From Pyrodictium abyssi (lineage in GTDB: Archaea; Thermoproteota; Thermoprotei_A; Sulfolobales; Pyrodictiaceae), in contig NZ_AP028907.1 in NCBI RefSeq assembly GCF_036323395.1, positions 1,590,001-1,622,000 on the forward strand: a stretch of DNA of 32,000 nucleotides, given 5' to 3'. Shown piece by piece: positions 1 to 9,946 of this stretch. A program made the translations under genes and the position numbers. The first letter of the stretch is position 1; each line of letters starts with the position of its first letter. The notes under the pieces are model-generated. The model was not told the origin of the DNA, searched no databases, and saw only the letters and a list, made by a program, of their open reading frames with translations.

Positions 1-729
1 TATGGCAGCTGCTGTTCCGGGGGCCGGCATCGGCTTGCCCGAGAACTTCTCTATGACGCGCGCCACGCTATCCTCCATCCAGGGCGAGAGAGACATGTCG
101 AACCCCCGAAAGAACAGATCGTGCTTCTCCATCTCCATCCTTATGGCCTCGTAGACCTCGAATGCGGCGTCAACAGCGTAATCCATGGCCTCGTAGTAGC
201 CGAACTCCTCAAGAAGCCGGGGATAGACAAGAGCTATGGATACCCCGGGAAGGCTCTGCATAGTAGTGGCTAGCGGGAAATAGGGCGTCTCAGGGTAGCC
301 CCCGAACACCATTGCAACCCTTGAAGCCATCTCCGGCTCGAGTAGCCCAATCTTGTATAGAAGTCGCGGTGTCCGCTGGTCGCCAGGCTCCGTTATAGCC
401 GATATGGCGGCATAGACGTTGCTACCCAGCCGAAGCACCTCTTTAAGTACATCCACGTCCAGGTTAGCCGAGCTATAATGAAACGCAGCATACAGCACGT
501 CATCCCGCAGCTTGATAGCCTTAAGAAGCTCTAGTTGCTCCTTAGGCCTCAGAGGCGTTATAGGTAGTACTACCCGTGCCGACATAACCTCGTAGCCAGT
601 CCTCTCCTCAGCTAGCCTAGCCAGCTCCAACGCAATATCGGAAGCCTCCTCGACGAGCCGGATTATCTCCCGCCGGTCATCCCAGTCCTCCACAGCCACG
701 TGTACCGCAATAGCACGTACCTTGACCAT
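1..729 (-). CDS. DUF711-family-like protein (C-terminus runs off the window; start at 729 or 744)
   Basis: Open minus-strand frame missing from the ORF track because it is truncated at the window edge. It reads MVKVRAIAVHVAVEDWDDRRE... and ...FRGFDMSLSPWMEDSVARVIEKFSGKPMPAPGTAAAI; the D-x-SL-x-P...DSVA motif resembles DUF711/UPF0210. Confidence 0.55.
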   Translation of the reverse strand, partial: MVKVRAIAVHVAVEDWDDRREIIRLVEEASDIALELARLAEERTGYEVMSARVVLPITPLRPKEQLELLKAIKLRDDVLYAAFHYSSANLDVDVLKEVLRLGSNVYAAISAITEPGDQRTPRLLYKIGLLEPEMASRVAMVFGGYPETPYFPLATTMQSLPGVSIALVYPRLLEEFGYYEAMDYAVDAAFEVYEAIRMEMEKHDLFFRGFDMSLSPWMEDSVARVIEKFSGKPMPAPGTAAAI

Positions 730-928
730 CTCGGCTAGATCCATCGCTGCACGCCTGTGTGTCGGGAGAAGACAGTCGTCGGGCGAAATACCCTACGCGC
801 CACCCGGCGTATACACAGTCGTTGCCAGAGTCGAGGCCCTGGAGGCGGCGCCGGGCTTGCTGCATGTACACGCAGCTCTGGCAACGATATAACAGTGCAT
901 AGAGTGTACCTGGTGCTGGGCGTCTGGC

Positions 929-1144
929 ATGCAGAATCTGTGCAAGCAGCAAGCGCTCGACGAACTATTCCAGGGCAGCCTGGCAAAGTACTTCCTAAGG
1001 GTGGTCGAGGCTATCTGGGAGCGTGGCCAGGCGGAAGCAGAGGCAATAGCGGCTATGCTGGAGAAGACGGTGTGGCGCCCGGTTCTCGGCTTCTCGAACT
1101 CGGCGCTGGCAACGCGAGAGTGGCCATCCCGCTTGCTAGGCTAG
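929..1144 (+). CDS. hypothetical small helical protein
   Basis: 71-aa ORF filling the gap between two minus-strand genes; no recognised motif. Confidence 0.25.
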   Translation: MQNLCKQQALDELFQGSLAKYFLRVVEAIWERGQAEAEAIAAMLEKTVWRPVLGFSNSALATREWPSRLLG

Positions 1145-2097
1145 GACGCGTGCAGCCAGCAGGCAACCCTCCGCCCCTGCCCGGGGGAGACTGTGGGCGG
1201 CTCCTCGCTGCGGCACTTCTCCGTGGCTAGGAGGCACCTTGGGGCGAAGCGGCAGCCCGGCGGCGGGCGGCGTAGATCCGGAGGCTGGCCGGGTATCGGG
1301 CGCGGCCACCGCGGGTTATCGATGTCCGGGACGGATTCCAGTAGCGCCCTGGTATAGGGGTGTAGGGGCTCGCGTAGCACCTCCTCAGCGGGGCCCTGCT
1401 CCACTATCTTCCCAGCGTACATTATGGCTATGCTTGTCGCCCTCTCCGCTGCCAATGCTATGTCATGGGTAACAAGGACCACGGCCATGCCGTGGCGGCG
1501 CCGCAGCTCGTCGAGCAGATCCATTATCTGCTTCTGCACTATCACGTCGAGCGCCGTCGTGGGCTCATCTGCTACGAGCACTTTGGGCTCGAGCGCTATA
1601 GCAGCAGCTATCGAGACGCGCTGCCTCTGCCCGCCGCTAAGCTGGTGCGGGTAAGCCCGCGCTGCCTCACGGGGGAGCCCCACAGACTCGAGGAGCTGGG
1701 GGACCCGGCCCCGCGCCTCCTCCTTGGGCACGCCGTGCTCCAGCAGTACTTCGAGCAGCTGGTCGCCTATCCTACGCACTGGGTCGAGCGTCGTAAACGG
1801 GTCCTGGAACACGATCGAGACCAGCTCTCCACGGGCTCTACGCAGCTCGTCGCCCTCTAGCCTCGTGATGTCCACGCCGTCTACGAGTATTCGGCCAGCT
1901 ACTATCCTGCCAGGCGGCGGGACTAGGCGGAGGAGCGAGAACCCCAGAGTGCTCTTTCCGCTACCACTCTCCCCCACGACGGCTACTAGCTCTCCCCGGT
2001 GGGCCTCGAGCCAGGCCCCCTCCACGGCGCGTACTATCCCGCGCAGCGTGTAGTAGTAGACACTGAGGCCCTCGACCCTCAGCACAGCGTCGGCCAC
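1141..2097 (-). CDS. dppD: oligopeptide/dipeptide ABC transporter ATP-binding protein (DppD/OppD family)
   Basis: Walker A GESGSGKST, signature LSGGQRQR, Walker B VLVADEPTTALD, and C-terminal oligopeptide-transporter extension PGCRFAPRCLLATEKC. Confidence 0.93.
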   Translation of the reverse strand: MADAVLRVEGLSVYYYTLRGIVRAVEGAWLEAHRGELVAVVGESGSGKSTLGFSLLRLVPPPGRIVAGRILVDGVDITRLEGDELRRARGELVSIVFQDPFTTLDPVRRIGDQLLEVLLEHGVPKEEARGRVPQLLESVGLPREAARAYPHQLSGGQRQRVSIAAAIALEPKVLVADEPTTALDVIVQKQIMDLLDELRRRHGMAVVLVTHDIALAAERATSIAIMYAGKIVEQGPAEEVLREPLHPYTRALLESVPDIDNPRWPRPIPGQPPDLRRPPPGCRFAPRCLLATEKCRSEEPPTVSPGQGRRVACWLHAS

Positions 2098-2110
2098 GGG
2101 TGCCCACCCT

Positions 2111-3022
2111 CTAAGCCTCGCTCCTCCTCACCTGCTCGCTCAGCCCCTCGCCTATCAGGGCGAAGCCCGTGGCGAGGAGCGTAATCATGAAGCCCGGCGC
2201 AGCTATGAGCCAGGGAGCGGAGCGGGCAAAGCCCTTAGCATTGTAGAGGTCGAAGCCCCAGTCAGGGGTAGGTGGCTTCACAGCTAGCCCCAGGAAGCTC
2301 AGCGCGGCCTCCGTCAGTACCGCGTCGGCTGCGCTAAGGCTAAACACCACCATTATTGTGGGCACGAGGTGTGGCAGGAGGTGTCGCCTCATTATCCTCC
2401 AGGGTGTTAGGCCGAGCGCCCGGGCTGCCTCTATGAAGGGGCTCTCACGGAGCTGTAGCACCTGGCCACGCACCATCCTGAAGTAAGTTGGTATGTAGAC
2501 CACAGCTATAGCTATAGCAGCGTTCTCCGGCCGCGGGCCTAGTGCGGCGGCGAGAGCTATGGCGAGCACTAGCCCGGGGAAGGCGTAGAGAGCGTCCATG
2601 AACATGCTCAGCGCGCGGTCAACCCTACCGCCGTAGTAGCCGCTCACGAGTCCCATGGGCACGCCCACGGCCAGGCTCAGGAGGACCGACGAGAACACAA
2701 CCTTCAGTACAGTCCGAGACCCGTAGATTATCCTCGAGAGCACGTCGCGGCCCAGCCGGTCAGTGCCCAGGGGGTGCTCCCAGCTAGGCGGCTCGAGGCT
2801 CCCACCACTCCTCTCCACTGGGCTATAGGGGGCCAGGACTGGCGCGGCAACAGCCATGAAGACTACTGCGGCTACTATCACGAGGCCGGCTAGTACTAGG
2901 CCCCGGCCCCGCCGGGGCAGCGAGTAGTACGCTGCGACGAGCCTCCCCCTCACAGCCTGGAGCACTGCTTGCAACACGTGTCTGCCCCCGCTAGTAGCGT
3001 ACGCGTGGGTCGAGGAGAGCAT
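2111..3022 (-). CDS. dppC: oligopeptide/dipeptide ABC transporter permease (DppC family)
   Basis: HPLGTDRLGRDVLSRIIYGSRTVLKV and EAARALGLTPWRIMRRHLLPH EAA loop; multiple TM segments. True start may be internal. Confidence 0.9.
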   Translation of the reverse strand: MLSSTHAYATSGGRHVLQAVLQAVRGRLVAAYYSLPRRGRGLVLAGLVIVAAVVFMAVAAPVLAPYSPVERSGGSLEPPSWEHPLGTDRLGRDVLSRIIYGSRTVLKVVFSSVLLSLAVGVPMGLVSGYYGGRVDRALSMFMDALYAFPGLVLAIALAAALGPRPENAAIAIAVVYIPTYFRMVRGQVLQLRESPFIEAARALGLTPWRIMRRHLLPHLVPTIMVVFSLSAADAVLTEAALSFLGLAVKPPTPDWGFDLYNAKGFARSAPWLIAAPGFMITLLATGFALIGEGLSEQVRRSEA

Positions 3023-4001
3023 AGAGGAGGTCGACTACTAGGCTCACGAGCCCCACTATGAACGCGAACACTATCACTACGCCTTGTATCGCCGGGTAAT
3101 CGCGGTACTGTATCTTCTCCACCAGGTATGTGCCGATGCCGGGCCAGTCGAAGGTCGTCTCGGTCAGTACAGCGCCGCCTAGGAGGAGCGCAAACTGGAG
3201 CCCAGCGTACGTGACAACCGGTATTATCGCGTTGCGGAAAGCGTGCCAGGTTATCCTCTTCTCTCTCACGCCGCGGGCCCGGTAGGCGAAGACGAAGTTA
3301 GACTCGAGCGCGACAGCCAAGTGGTTGCGGAGCAGCCTAGTATAGGGCCCGCTGAGCACAATGCCGAGGGTGAGCGCGGGCAGCACTAGGTGGGCGAGCG
3401 CACTACGGAGCGCCTCAGCGTTGCCCGTGAGTACGGAGTCGAGCACATAGAGGCCAGTTATCTCGTGCAGCTCTACCCCTGGGTCTATGCGGCCACTCAC
3501 CGGGAGCCAGCCAAGCCATATGGCGAACACGAGCTGGAGCAGTAGACCCAGCCACGGGATGAAGAGCGTGTACGAGACAGCACCGTAGATGCGCAACGCG
3601 GTGTCGAGCCTCGTGTCGCGCCGTAGGCCGGCCAGCATGCCTGTTGTAAGCCCTATCGCAAGGCTAACCAGCATACCAGCCACGGCTAGCTCTATCGTGG
3701 CTGGTAGCCTCTCAGTAATGTCAGCGGCTATAGGCCTCCCGCGGATGACGAGGCTCGTGCCAAAGTCGCCGTGGAGCACGCCCAGGAGGTAGTCTATGTA
3801 CTGCGCGTAGAGGGGCTTGTCGAGCCCCAGCTGCCTCCTCATCTCCACAAGCTGCTCCTCGGGTATATTCTTGGTGCCGAGCGCAGCCGCTATAGGGTCG
3901 CCGGGCAACACCCGGAGTATGAAGAACGTGACCGTGTAGAGTATGAGCACAGTAGGTATAATCAATGCAGCACGCACAGCTATGTAGCGTAGCAGCCCCA
4001 T
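2991..4001 (-). CDS. dppB: oligopeptide/dipeptide ABC transporter permease (DppB family)
   Basis: Starts MGLLRYIAVRAALIIPTVLILYTVTFFILRVLPGDP, typical of DppB. The track ORF extends to 4178, but the family-like start is at 4001. Confidence 0.9.
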   Translation of the reverse strand: MGLLRYIAVRAALIIPTVLILYTVTFFILRVLPGDPIAAALGTKNIPEEQLVEMRRQLGLDKPLYAQYIDYLLGVLHGDFGTSLVIRGRPIAADITERLPATIELAVAGMLVSLAIGLTTGMLAGLRRDTRLDTALRIYGAVSYTLFIPWLGLLLQLVFAIWLGWLPVSGRIDPGVELHEITGLYVLDSVLTGNAEALRSALAHLVLPALTLGIVLSGPYTRLLRNHLAVALESNFVFAYRARGVREKRITWHAFRNAIIPVVTYAGLQFALLLGGAVLTETTFDWPGIGTYLVEKIQYRDYPAIQGVVIVFAFIVGLVSLVVDLLYALLDPRVRY

Positions 4002-4289
4002 GGAGCCTCGGCGCCTCCGCCCTAATGGACTAGCAGCATCCCCTCGAGCAGGCCTCGTCCACGGCAAGTACGTGGCGCAAGAATGGGGGTAATTATAGGC
4101 ACGGTGCCGGAGTCGTGGGGCCTCAGGTCCTGCCGGGATCCCCACTCGTCTTGTCGGTGGTGAGACTATAGTCTTCACAGGCCCCCAGGGAGCATCCGGC
4201 CCCGAGGTGTCCCTAAATGGTCTAGGGGGCTCACAGAGCGCACTTCACTACCATGCTCTAGACACATAGATAACCGGGCTATAGCCCCG

Positions 4290-5684
4290 ATGATAGCCGG
4301 GGGTGTCCAGGGCTCCTTGGCTGGATACAGGGCGCCCGTAGCGCTAACCATCGCGGGGAGCGACTCGGGTGGAGGCGCCGGGATAGAAGCCGACCTCAAG
4401 ACGTTCGCAGCCCTCGGCGTCCACGGAGTGGTAGCAGTAACCAGTGTGACGGTGCAGAACACGCTCGGGGTCTACGCGGTACACGATGTACCGCCGGAGA
4501 TAGTGGCCAAGCAGATCGAGGCAGTGGTAGAGGACATGGGTGTAGACGCTGCTAAGACCGGGATGCTGAGCAGCAGCGACATAGTAGCAACCGTGGCTGC
4601 CACGCTGAGGAGGTATGACTTCCCCCTAGTCGTAGACCCGGTAATGGCGGCTGAGAGCGGCGCCCAGCTCCTAAGTCAGGACGCCGTCGAGGCCCTACTG
4701 GAGGAGCTGGTCCCCCGGGCGACACTGGTCACGCCGAACCGGATGGAGGCTGAGAGGCTAACCGGGATAACCATTAGGAGCCTCGAGGACGCCAGGAGGG
4801 CGGCGCGGCTACTCGTAGAGGAGTACGGAGCAGAAGCGGCAATAGTCAAGGGGGGCCACCTAGGCGGCGACGAGAGCATAGATGTGCTGTACTACAGGGG
4901 TACGTACCGGGAGTACCGGGCCCCAAGGATAAGAGGCGGCTGTACCCACGGCACGGGCTGCTCCTTCTCAGCAGCCGTGGCGGCCGAGCTGGCGAAGGGC
5001 AGGGGGCTTGAGGAGGCCGTTGAGACAGCCAAGAAGCTCGTGACCATGGCGATAGAGTATGGGCTCCGGGTCGGCCGTGGCAGCTGCCCCGTAAACCCCT
5101 TAGCCTGGCTAGAGATCGATGCGTGGAAGTGGCGGGTGGTAAAGAATGTCGAGAAGGCCCTGGCCAGGCTCCTGGCCGGCGAGAGACTGGTGCTGCCCTA
5201 TGCGCCCGAGGTAGGCATAAACATAGCCGAGGCCCTGCCGCTCCCCTACGCCCGCAGCGTAGACGATGTCGCTGGCGTGCTCGGCCGCGTAGTGAAGACC
5301 CCTCGGGGTCTACGCGCAGGGGGCCCCGTAGCCCTAGGCGCCTCGAACCACCTTGCAAGGCTAGTGCTAGCCGTTATGCGGTATGCTCCTTGGCTGAGAT
5401 CGGTGGTAAACATAAGGTACTCGCCAGAGCTAGTAGAGGCGGCAGAAAGCCTGGGCTACAGGGTGGCCCGCGTAGACCGCGGCATGGAGCCGAGGGAGAC
5501 CCGTAGAGCCGAGGGAGGCACCATGGAGTGGATAGCCAGGAGCGTGTTCAGCCAGAGGGTGGTCGACATAGTGTATGATGAGGGTGACTGGGGCAAAGAG
5601 CCGATGGTACGGGTCTTTGGCGAGAACGCTATCGCCGCCGTGGAGAAGCTCCTATCAGTGCTGGAGCGCGCCGGGCGCCGCTGA
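4290..5684 (+). CDS. thiD: bifunctional hydroxymethylpyrimidine/phosphomethylpyrimidine kinase fused to ThiN thiamine-phosphate synthase
   Basis: [41 protein letters not shown] and [18 protein letters not shown] (ThiD), followed by an archaeal ThiN-like domain ([24 protein letters not shown]...[31 protein letters not shown]). Confidence 0.93.
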   Translation: MIAGGVQGSLAGYRAPVALTIAGSDSGGGAGIEADLKTFAALGVHGVVAVTSVTVQNTLGVYAVHDVPPEIVAKQIEAVVEDMGVDAAKTGMLSSSDIVATVAATLRRYDFPLVVDPVMAAESGAQLLSQDAVEALLEELVPRATLVTPNRMEAERLTGITIRSLEDARRAARLLVEEYGAEAAIVKGGHLGGDESIDVLYYRGTYREYRAPRIRGGCTHGTGCSFSAAVAAELAKGRGLEEAVETAKKLVTMAIEYGLRVGRGSCPVNPLAWLEIDAWKWRVVKNVEKALARLLAGERLVLPYAPEVGINIAEALPLPYARSVDDVAGVLGRVVKTPRGLRAGGPVALGASNHLARLVLAVMRYAPWLRSVVNIRYSPELVEAAESLGYRVARVDRGMEPRETRRAEGGTMEWIARSVFSQRVVDIVYDEGDWGKEPMVRVFGENAIAAVEKLLSVLERAGRR

Positions 5685-5699
5685 GCAGTATCGCGGCCC

Positions 5700-6560
5700 T
5701 CACGCTAGGTATGTCCTGCTGAACCTGGCTACGGCGAGCGCCGTGAAGACGCTGGTCACAGCGGCTAGCCCTAGCGCGTCTAGGGCTAGTGGTAGCGTGT
5801 GTACGCCGTACATGAGGCCCCGGGTGAGGTCTACAGCGTAGGTCAGCGGGTTCGCGTAGGCTAGCGCCTTTATCCAGCCCGGCAGCGGGTCTATGGGGTA
5901 GAAGACGCCGCTTAGGAACAGCATAGGCATCATAACCAGGTTGACCACCATGTGGAAGCCCTCCGGGCTCCTCATCGTGAGCGCTATGAGCGTGCCTATG
6001 CTGGCGGAGGCATAGGCCGCTACGAAGGCGGCTGCGAGGCCAGCGAGTATCCCCCGTGGGCTCGCGTAGCCAGCCGCCGCCGAGACTAGCAGTGCCATCA
6101 GGGCGCCCTGCACCATTGTGGCCAGTGTGTCCCCCGTTATGCGGCCTAGGAGTACAGCGCTACGCGGCGCGGGCGAGACTAGTATCTCCTTGAGGTAGCC
6201 GAACTCCCGGTCCCATATCACCCCCAGGCCGCTGCTGAAGCCGCCAGTGAAGACCGTCATCACGATTATGCCGGGCGCCAGGTACTCGAGGTAGCTAAGC
6301 CCGCCGAACAGCTGCGCAGCGGCAGGCCCTAGCCTGTTGAAGGCTGCACTCCACCCGTAGCCGAAGAATACTAGCCATATCAGCGGGAAGACCAGAGCGT
6401 TCGCGACCCTGCTACGGGCGCCTCGGAAGCGTAGCAGCTGCCGGTAAGCCATAGCAGCGAAGGCTTGTATCCAGCTCGGCGAGCTGTGCTTCACGCCCGT
6501 TTCACCTGCCGAGCCTTCTGCCCGTGTGTATGTGTAGACGCATGAAGTCCCGCCAGTCAC
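5700..6560 (-). CDS. ABC-2 type transporter permease (DrrB-like)
   Basis: Multi-TM protein with YLAPGIIVMTVFTGGFSSGLGVIWDREFGYLKEILVSPAPR; directly follows its ATPase on the same strand. Confidence 0.88.
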   Translation of the reverse strand: MTGGTSCVYTYTRAEGSAGETGVKHSSPSWIQAFAAMAYRQLLRFRGARSRVANALVFPLIWLVFFGYGWSAAFNRLGPAAAQLFGGLSYLEYLAPGIIVMTVFTGGFSSGLGVIWDREFGYLKEILVSPAPRSAVLLGRITGDTLATMVQGALMALLVSAAAGYASPRGILAGLAAAFVAAYASASIGTLIALTMRSPEGFHMVVNLVMMPMLFLSGVFYPIDPLPGWIKALAYANPLTYAVDLTRGLMYGVHTLPLALDALGLAAVTSVFTALAVARFSRTYLA

Positions 6561-7509
6561 CCTCCTCGTCGCGGAGGCTACGGCCTGTGAGCTTGACGAA
6601 GACGTCGTTGAGGCTAGGCCGGGTGTAGCGCACCTCTAGCACCTCTAGCCCAGCGGCCCGGGCGGCGTCGAGGATCTGGGGCACGAGCCGGGGCGCGTCG
6701 CGGGCCATGAGCACCACTGTCGGGCCGGAGACCGAGATGGACTCTCCGAGGCCTTTCTCGCGGAGCAGTCCGGCGAGCTTCTCAGCGGCCTCAGCGGCCT
6801 CGAGCGTGATGTACACGGTGTCGCCGCCTACTAGGCTCTTCAGCTCCTCCGGCGAGCCCTCCGCGATTATCCTGCCGTGGTCTATCACAGCTATCCGGTC
6901 GCAGAGCTTCTCGGCCTCGTCCATGTAGTGGGTTGTCAGGAACACTGTGACGCCTCTGCGGCGTAGCCCCTCTATGACCTCCCATACCTTCATCCGCGCC
7001 TGGGGATCGAGGCCGATAGTCGGCTCGTCTAGGAAGAGTACCTCTGGCTCGTTGAGCAGCGCCCGGGCTATCTCCAGGCGCCTTATCATGCCGCCACTGT
7101 AGCTCCGTAGAGGCCGGTGGGCGTGTTCGCGGAGCCCGACGAGCTCCAGCAGCTCCGGTATACGCTGCTCCACGGCGCGGCGGGGGAGCCCATAGATGAG
7201 CCCGTGTATCAACATGTTCTGCCACGCGGTGAGGTCGCGGTCCACGGTGGGCTCCTGGAACACCACGCCTATACGCTCCCGGACACGCTGAGGCTCACGG
7301 AGCACGTCGTAGCCGGCCACCAGGGCGCGGCCACCGCTAGGCCGTATCAGGGTGATAAGCATCCCTATCGTAGTGGTCTTCCCCGCGCCGTTAGGCCCGA
7401 GGAGCCCGTAGACAGTGCCGCGTTCTACGCGGAAACTTACGCCCCTTACGGCCTCGAACCCGTTGTAGCTCTTCCTCAGCTCCTCCGCGACGACGACATA
7501 GCCTCCCAT
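6502..7509 (-). CDS. ABC transporter ATP-binding protein (daunorubicin/DrrA-like)
   Basis: Walker A GPNGAGKTTT, signature YSGGMIRRLE, Walker B EVLFLDEPTIGLDPQAR. Confidence 0.93.
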   Translation of the reverse strand: MGGYVVVAEELRKSYNGFEAVRGVSFRVERGTVYGLLGPNGAGKTTTIGMLITLIRPSGGRALVAGYDVLREPQRVRERIGVVFQEPTVDRDLTAWQNMLIHGLIYGLPRRAVEQRIPELLELVGLREHAHRPLRSYSGGMIRRLEIARALLNEPEVLFLDEPTIGLDPQARMKVWEVIEGLRRRGVTVFLTTHYMDEAEKLCDRIAVIDHGRIIAEGSPEELKSLVGGDTVYITLEAAEAAEKLAGLLREKGLGESISVSGPTVVLMARDAPRLVPQILDAARAAGLEVLEVRYTRPSLNDVFVKLTGRSLRDEEGDWRDFMRLHIHTGRRLGR

Positions 7510-7713
7510 GAACCCAGGCCCCTTCCGGCCTCACATCTACAGGCTAGCCTCTAGAGACGGCCTCTAAAACACATATCGGTAGCCGACGCATCGGCAGGGG
7601 AACCCTGGTCTACCGTGATACCAGGAGAGTACGGGAAGCCAAGCCAACCCCAGGGCTAACACGTCAAAGCGTAACACCACAGAGGATAGGACACTATACG
7701 GGGCCAGCAAGCC

Positions 7714-7935
7714 ATGCAGCACAACATAGTACTCTACACGCCCAGCGTAGACCAGAGCATAGAGAGGCTGGTGGAGAGGCTCCAGAGGCTCGGCTACAGG
7801 GTGGAGCTACGCCGCACAGCAGACACGGGGGCGCCAGCGCTCGAGGGCCCCTTCGGGATAGTGAGGGGCTCAAAGAACATCAGCATCGTGGTACGGCAGC
7901 TAGAGCTGCTAGGCCGGCAGAGCCAGAGCAGCTAG
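7714..7935 (+). CDS. hypothetical protein, 73 aa
   Basis: Compact ORF MQHNIVLYTPSVDQSIERLVERLQRLGYRVELRRTADTGAPALEGPFGIVRGSKNISIVVRQLELL, convergent with the next gene. Confidence 0.45.
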   Translation: MQHNIVLYTPSVDQSIERLVERLQRLGYRVELRRTADTGAPALEGPFGIVRGSKNISIVVRQLELLGRQSQSS

Positions 7936-8270
7936 CCCTTAACCTCCTCTTCGAGCTCTCTGATACGCTTGTCTACCTCCCTTATCTGCTCCTCTATCAT
8001 CTTCTTCACTGTCTCGAGCCAGTGGCGCTGCGCCCTCAGGAGCTCTAGCTCAACCTCGGGGCTAGGCCTACCCCAAGGCCCCGGGAAGGGCGGTATAGCC
8101 CACAGCAGAGGCGGCGGGGGATAGTAAGCGGCGAGCTCGATGGGTGGCGGCGGAGGCTGCTCCCCTCCACTGGCTTCTCCCTGCCTGCCTCTCTTTCTCC
8201 CATGGCCCCAGCCGTAGCCGGAGCCCTGCCATCCCCACCAGGCCAAGACTAGACGCCATGTAGTACTCAT
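7932..8270 (-). CDS. hypothetical protein with Gly/Trp/Pro-rich N-terminus and C-terminal coiled coil (DUF5320-like architecture)
   Basis: WWGWQGSGYGWGHGRKRG..., a proline run, then LELLRAQRHWLETVKKMIEEQIREVDKRIRELEEEVKG. Confidence 0.45.
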   Translation of the reverse strand: MSTTWRLVLAWWGWQGSGYGWGHGRKRGRQGEASGGEQPPPPPIELAAYYPPPPLLWAIPPFPGPWGRPSPEVELELLRAQRHWLETVKKMIEEQIREVDKRIRELEEEVKG

Positions 8271-8409
8271 ACCTGGTGGACGAATATATTGCTACACCCG
8301 TGCAGCACGAGGCCCGCTACCGCGCGGGTCTTCCTCGGAGCCCGACCGGGCGGAGACACAGAGTTCTTACACCAGGTGGGCCGTAGCATGGCCCCTCGGG
8401 GGAGCAGCG

Positions 8410-8757
8410 GTGCCCGAGATAAAGTTGGTCCAGGGCTCCGAGAGGATAAGCCGTGTCGTCCTCCGCTCGGTCGTCGAGGCGGTGTGTCCTCTGACGGGGC
8501 TGGTCGACCGTTACGACGTGGCAGTAGAGTATGGCCCTGGCCCCGAGGGGCTCTACGTGGAGGCCTATAGCTTCCAAGAGTACTTGGAGAGCTTCCGCGG
8601 CAAGAAGATATACCAGGAGGACTTGGTGGCCAGGATAGCCCGTGACGTGTGCAAGGCGGTGCGGCCGAGATGGGTCCGCGTAACCCTAGTGGGGACCCAT
8701 GGCTCCGTCGAGATAGAGACCGAGCATCGCCTAGACTGTGGCGAGGCCCAGGACTAG
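8410..8757 (+). CDS. QueF-like archaeosine synthase (QueF-L amidinotransferase family)
   Basis: Short unimodular T-fold protein: VEAVCPLTGLVDRYDVAVEYGPGPEGLYVEAYSFQEYLESFRGKKIYQEDLVARIARDVCKAVRPRWVRVTLVGTHGSVEIE matches the QueF core (active-site Cys, substrate-binding Glu region). Confidence 0.85.
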   Translation: MPEIKLVQGSERISRVVLRSVVEAVCPLTGLVDRYDVAVEYGPGPEGLYVEAYSFQEYLESFRGKKIYQEDLVARIARDVCKAVRPRWVRVTLVGTHGSVEIETEHRLDCGEAQD

Positions 8758-8809
8758 CCCTAGCGTCTAGGTCTTATATCAGGTCGGCAAGCCCTAGTAT
8801 ACTGGTGTA

Positions 8810-9541
8810 GTGCCTGTGGCAAAGGCTGTCATACTGGCCGGTGGGTTCGGGAAGAGGCTCCGCCCCCTGACTGAGGACCGGCCCAAGCCCCTAGTAGAGG
8901 TCGCGGGAAGGCCGATAATAGAGTGGCAGATACTCTGGCTCCGCAGCCACGGGATCCGCGACTTTGTGATACTCCTCGGCTACAAGTGGGAGCGGCTTGT
9001 AGAGCGGCTCGGTAGCGGCCAGAGGCTAGGCGTAAGGATAGCCTACGTGGTCGAGGACGAGCCCCTGGGGACCGGCGGCGCGATCAAGAACGCTGAGCAC
9101 CTCCTAAGAGGCGAGGACTACTTCATCGCCCTCAACGGCGACATAATAACCAACCTGGATGTGGGCAGGCTCGTGTCCAGGCTAATGGGTAGCCGGGACG
9201 CGGTAGTGACGATAGCCCTTGTACCGCTCCGCAGCCCCTACGGCGTGGTAGAACTAGACCAGGAGGGCCGCATAGTCCGCTTCGTGGAGAAGCCCACGCT
9301 AGACTACTGGATAAACGCCGGAGTCTACGCAATGAAGCCCAGCATACTCGACTACCTACCGGAAAAGGGCGACATAGAGCGCACAGCCTTCCCTAGGCTC
9401 GCCGAGGAGCGCCGCATACTAGGAGAACGGTTCACAGACGCCTACTGGCGCAGCATAGACACGATAAAAGACCTCGAGGAAGCAGCACGGCAGATAGAGG
9501 CGCTCCGCCTAGAAGAAAAGCTGCTCAAAAACCAGGGCTAA
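8810..9541 (+). CDS. NDP-sugar nucleotidyltransferase (glucose-1-P / mannose-1-P type)
   Basis: [72 protein letters not shown]. Confidence 0.92.
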   Translation: MPVAKAVILAGGFGKRLRPLTEDRPKPLVEVAGRPIIEWQILWLRSHGIRDFVILLGYKWERLVERLGSGQRLGVRIAYVVEDEPLGTGGAIKNAEHLLRGEDYFIALNGDIITNLDVGRLVSRLMGSRDAVVTIALVPLRSPYGVVELDQEGRIVRFVEKPTLDYWINAGVYAMKPSILDYLPEKGDIERTAFPRLAEERRILGERFTDAYWRSIDTIKDLEEAARQIEALRLEEKLLKNQG

Positions 9542-9552
9542 GCAAGGGCCCC

Positions 9553-9870
9553 CTAGCTCTTTTCCTGTTCCTGCTTCTTCTCTGTCTCTTCTAGCTCTTT
9601 TTCGAGTCGTTTGAGCTCCTCCTCGAGCTCTTTCTCTATCTCCTCGATGGGCTTGGGCGGCGGCGTGGTTGCCAGCGTGTAGCCTATCCAGGCCAGTATG
9701 CCGAAGACCCCCGCCACGGCTATGAACGCTGTCAGCTTCAGCAGCAGCACGTCGAGCCCCTCACGCGGCGGCGCAAACAGTAGCCAGCCATACACCACGA
9801 TAACGACAATAGAGACCACAACAAGCAGCGCGCCAACAGCCCTATCCGAAGGCATCGCCTGGGTCACCAT
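9553..9870 (-). CDS. conserved small membrane protein with C-terminal coiled coil
   Basis: Two TM segments followed by EEIEKELEEELKRLEKELEETEKKQEQEKS. Confidence 0.6.
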   Translation of the reverse strand: MVTQAMPSDRAVGALLVVVSIVVIVVYGWLLFAPPREGLDVLLLKLTAFIAVAGVFGILAWIGYTLATTPPPKPIEEIEKELEEELKRLEKELEETEKKQEQEKS

Positions 9871-9946
9871 CTACGGCTTTCACGGGGCATGCTATAAAAA
9901 TCCTCGCTGATGGCAGCCAGTATGCCCTCTAGGGTGCCGCCCCGGC

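Noticed and set aside
4846-5358. 170-aa minus-strand ORF antisense to thiD
   Set aside because: Arg/Pro/Ser-rich shadow ORF opposite a clearly coding gene in GC-rich DNA.
6791-7225. 144-aa minus ORF overlapping the DrrA-like ATPase
   Set aside because: Alternate frame of a well-supported ABC ATPase; no motifs.
8289-8577. ORFs 8289..8570(+) and 8317..8577(-)
   Set aside because: Overlap the QueF-like gene and show low-complexity Arg/Gly/Pro composition.
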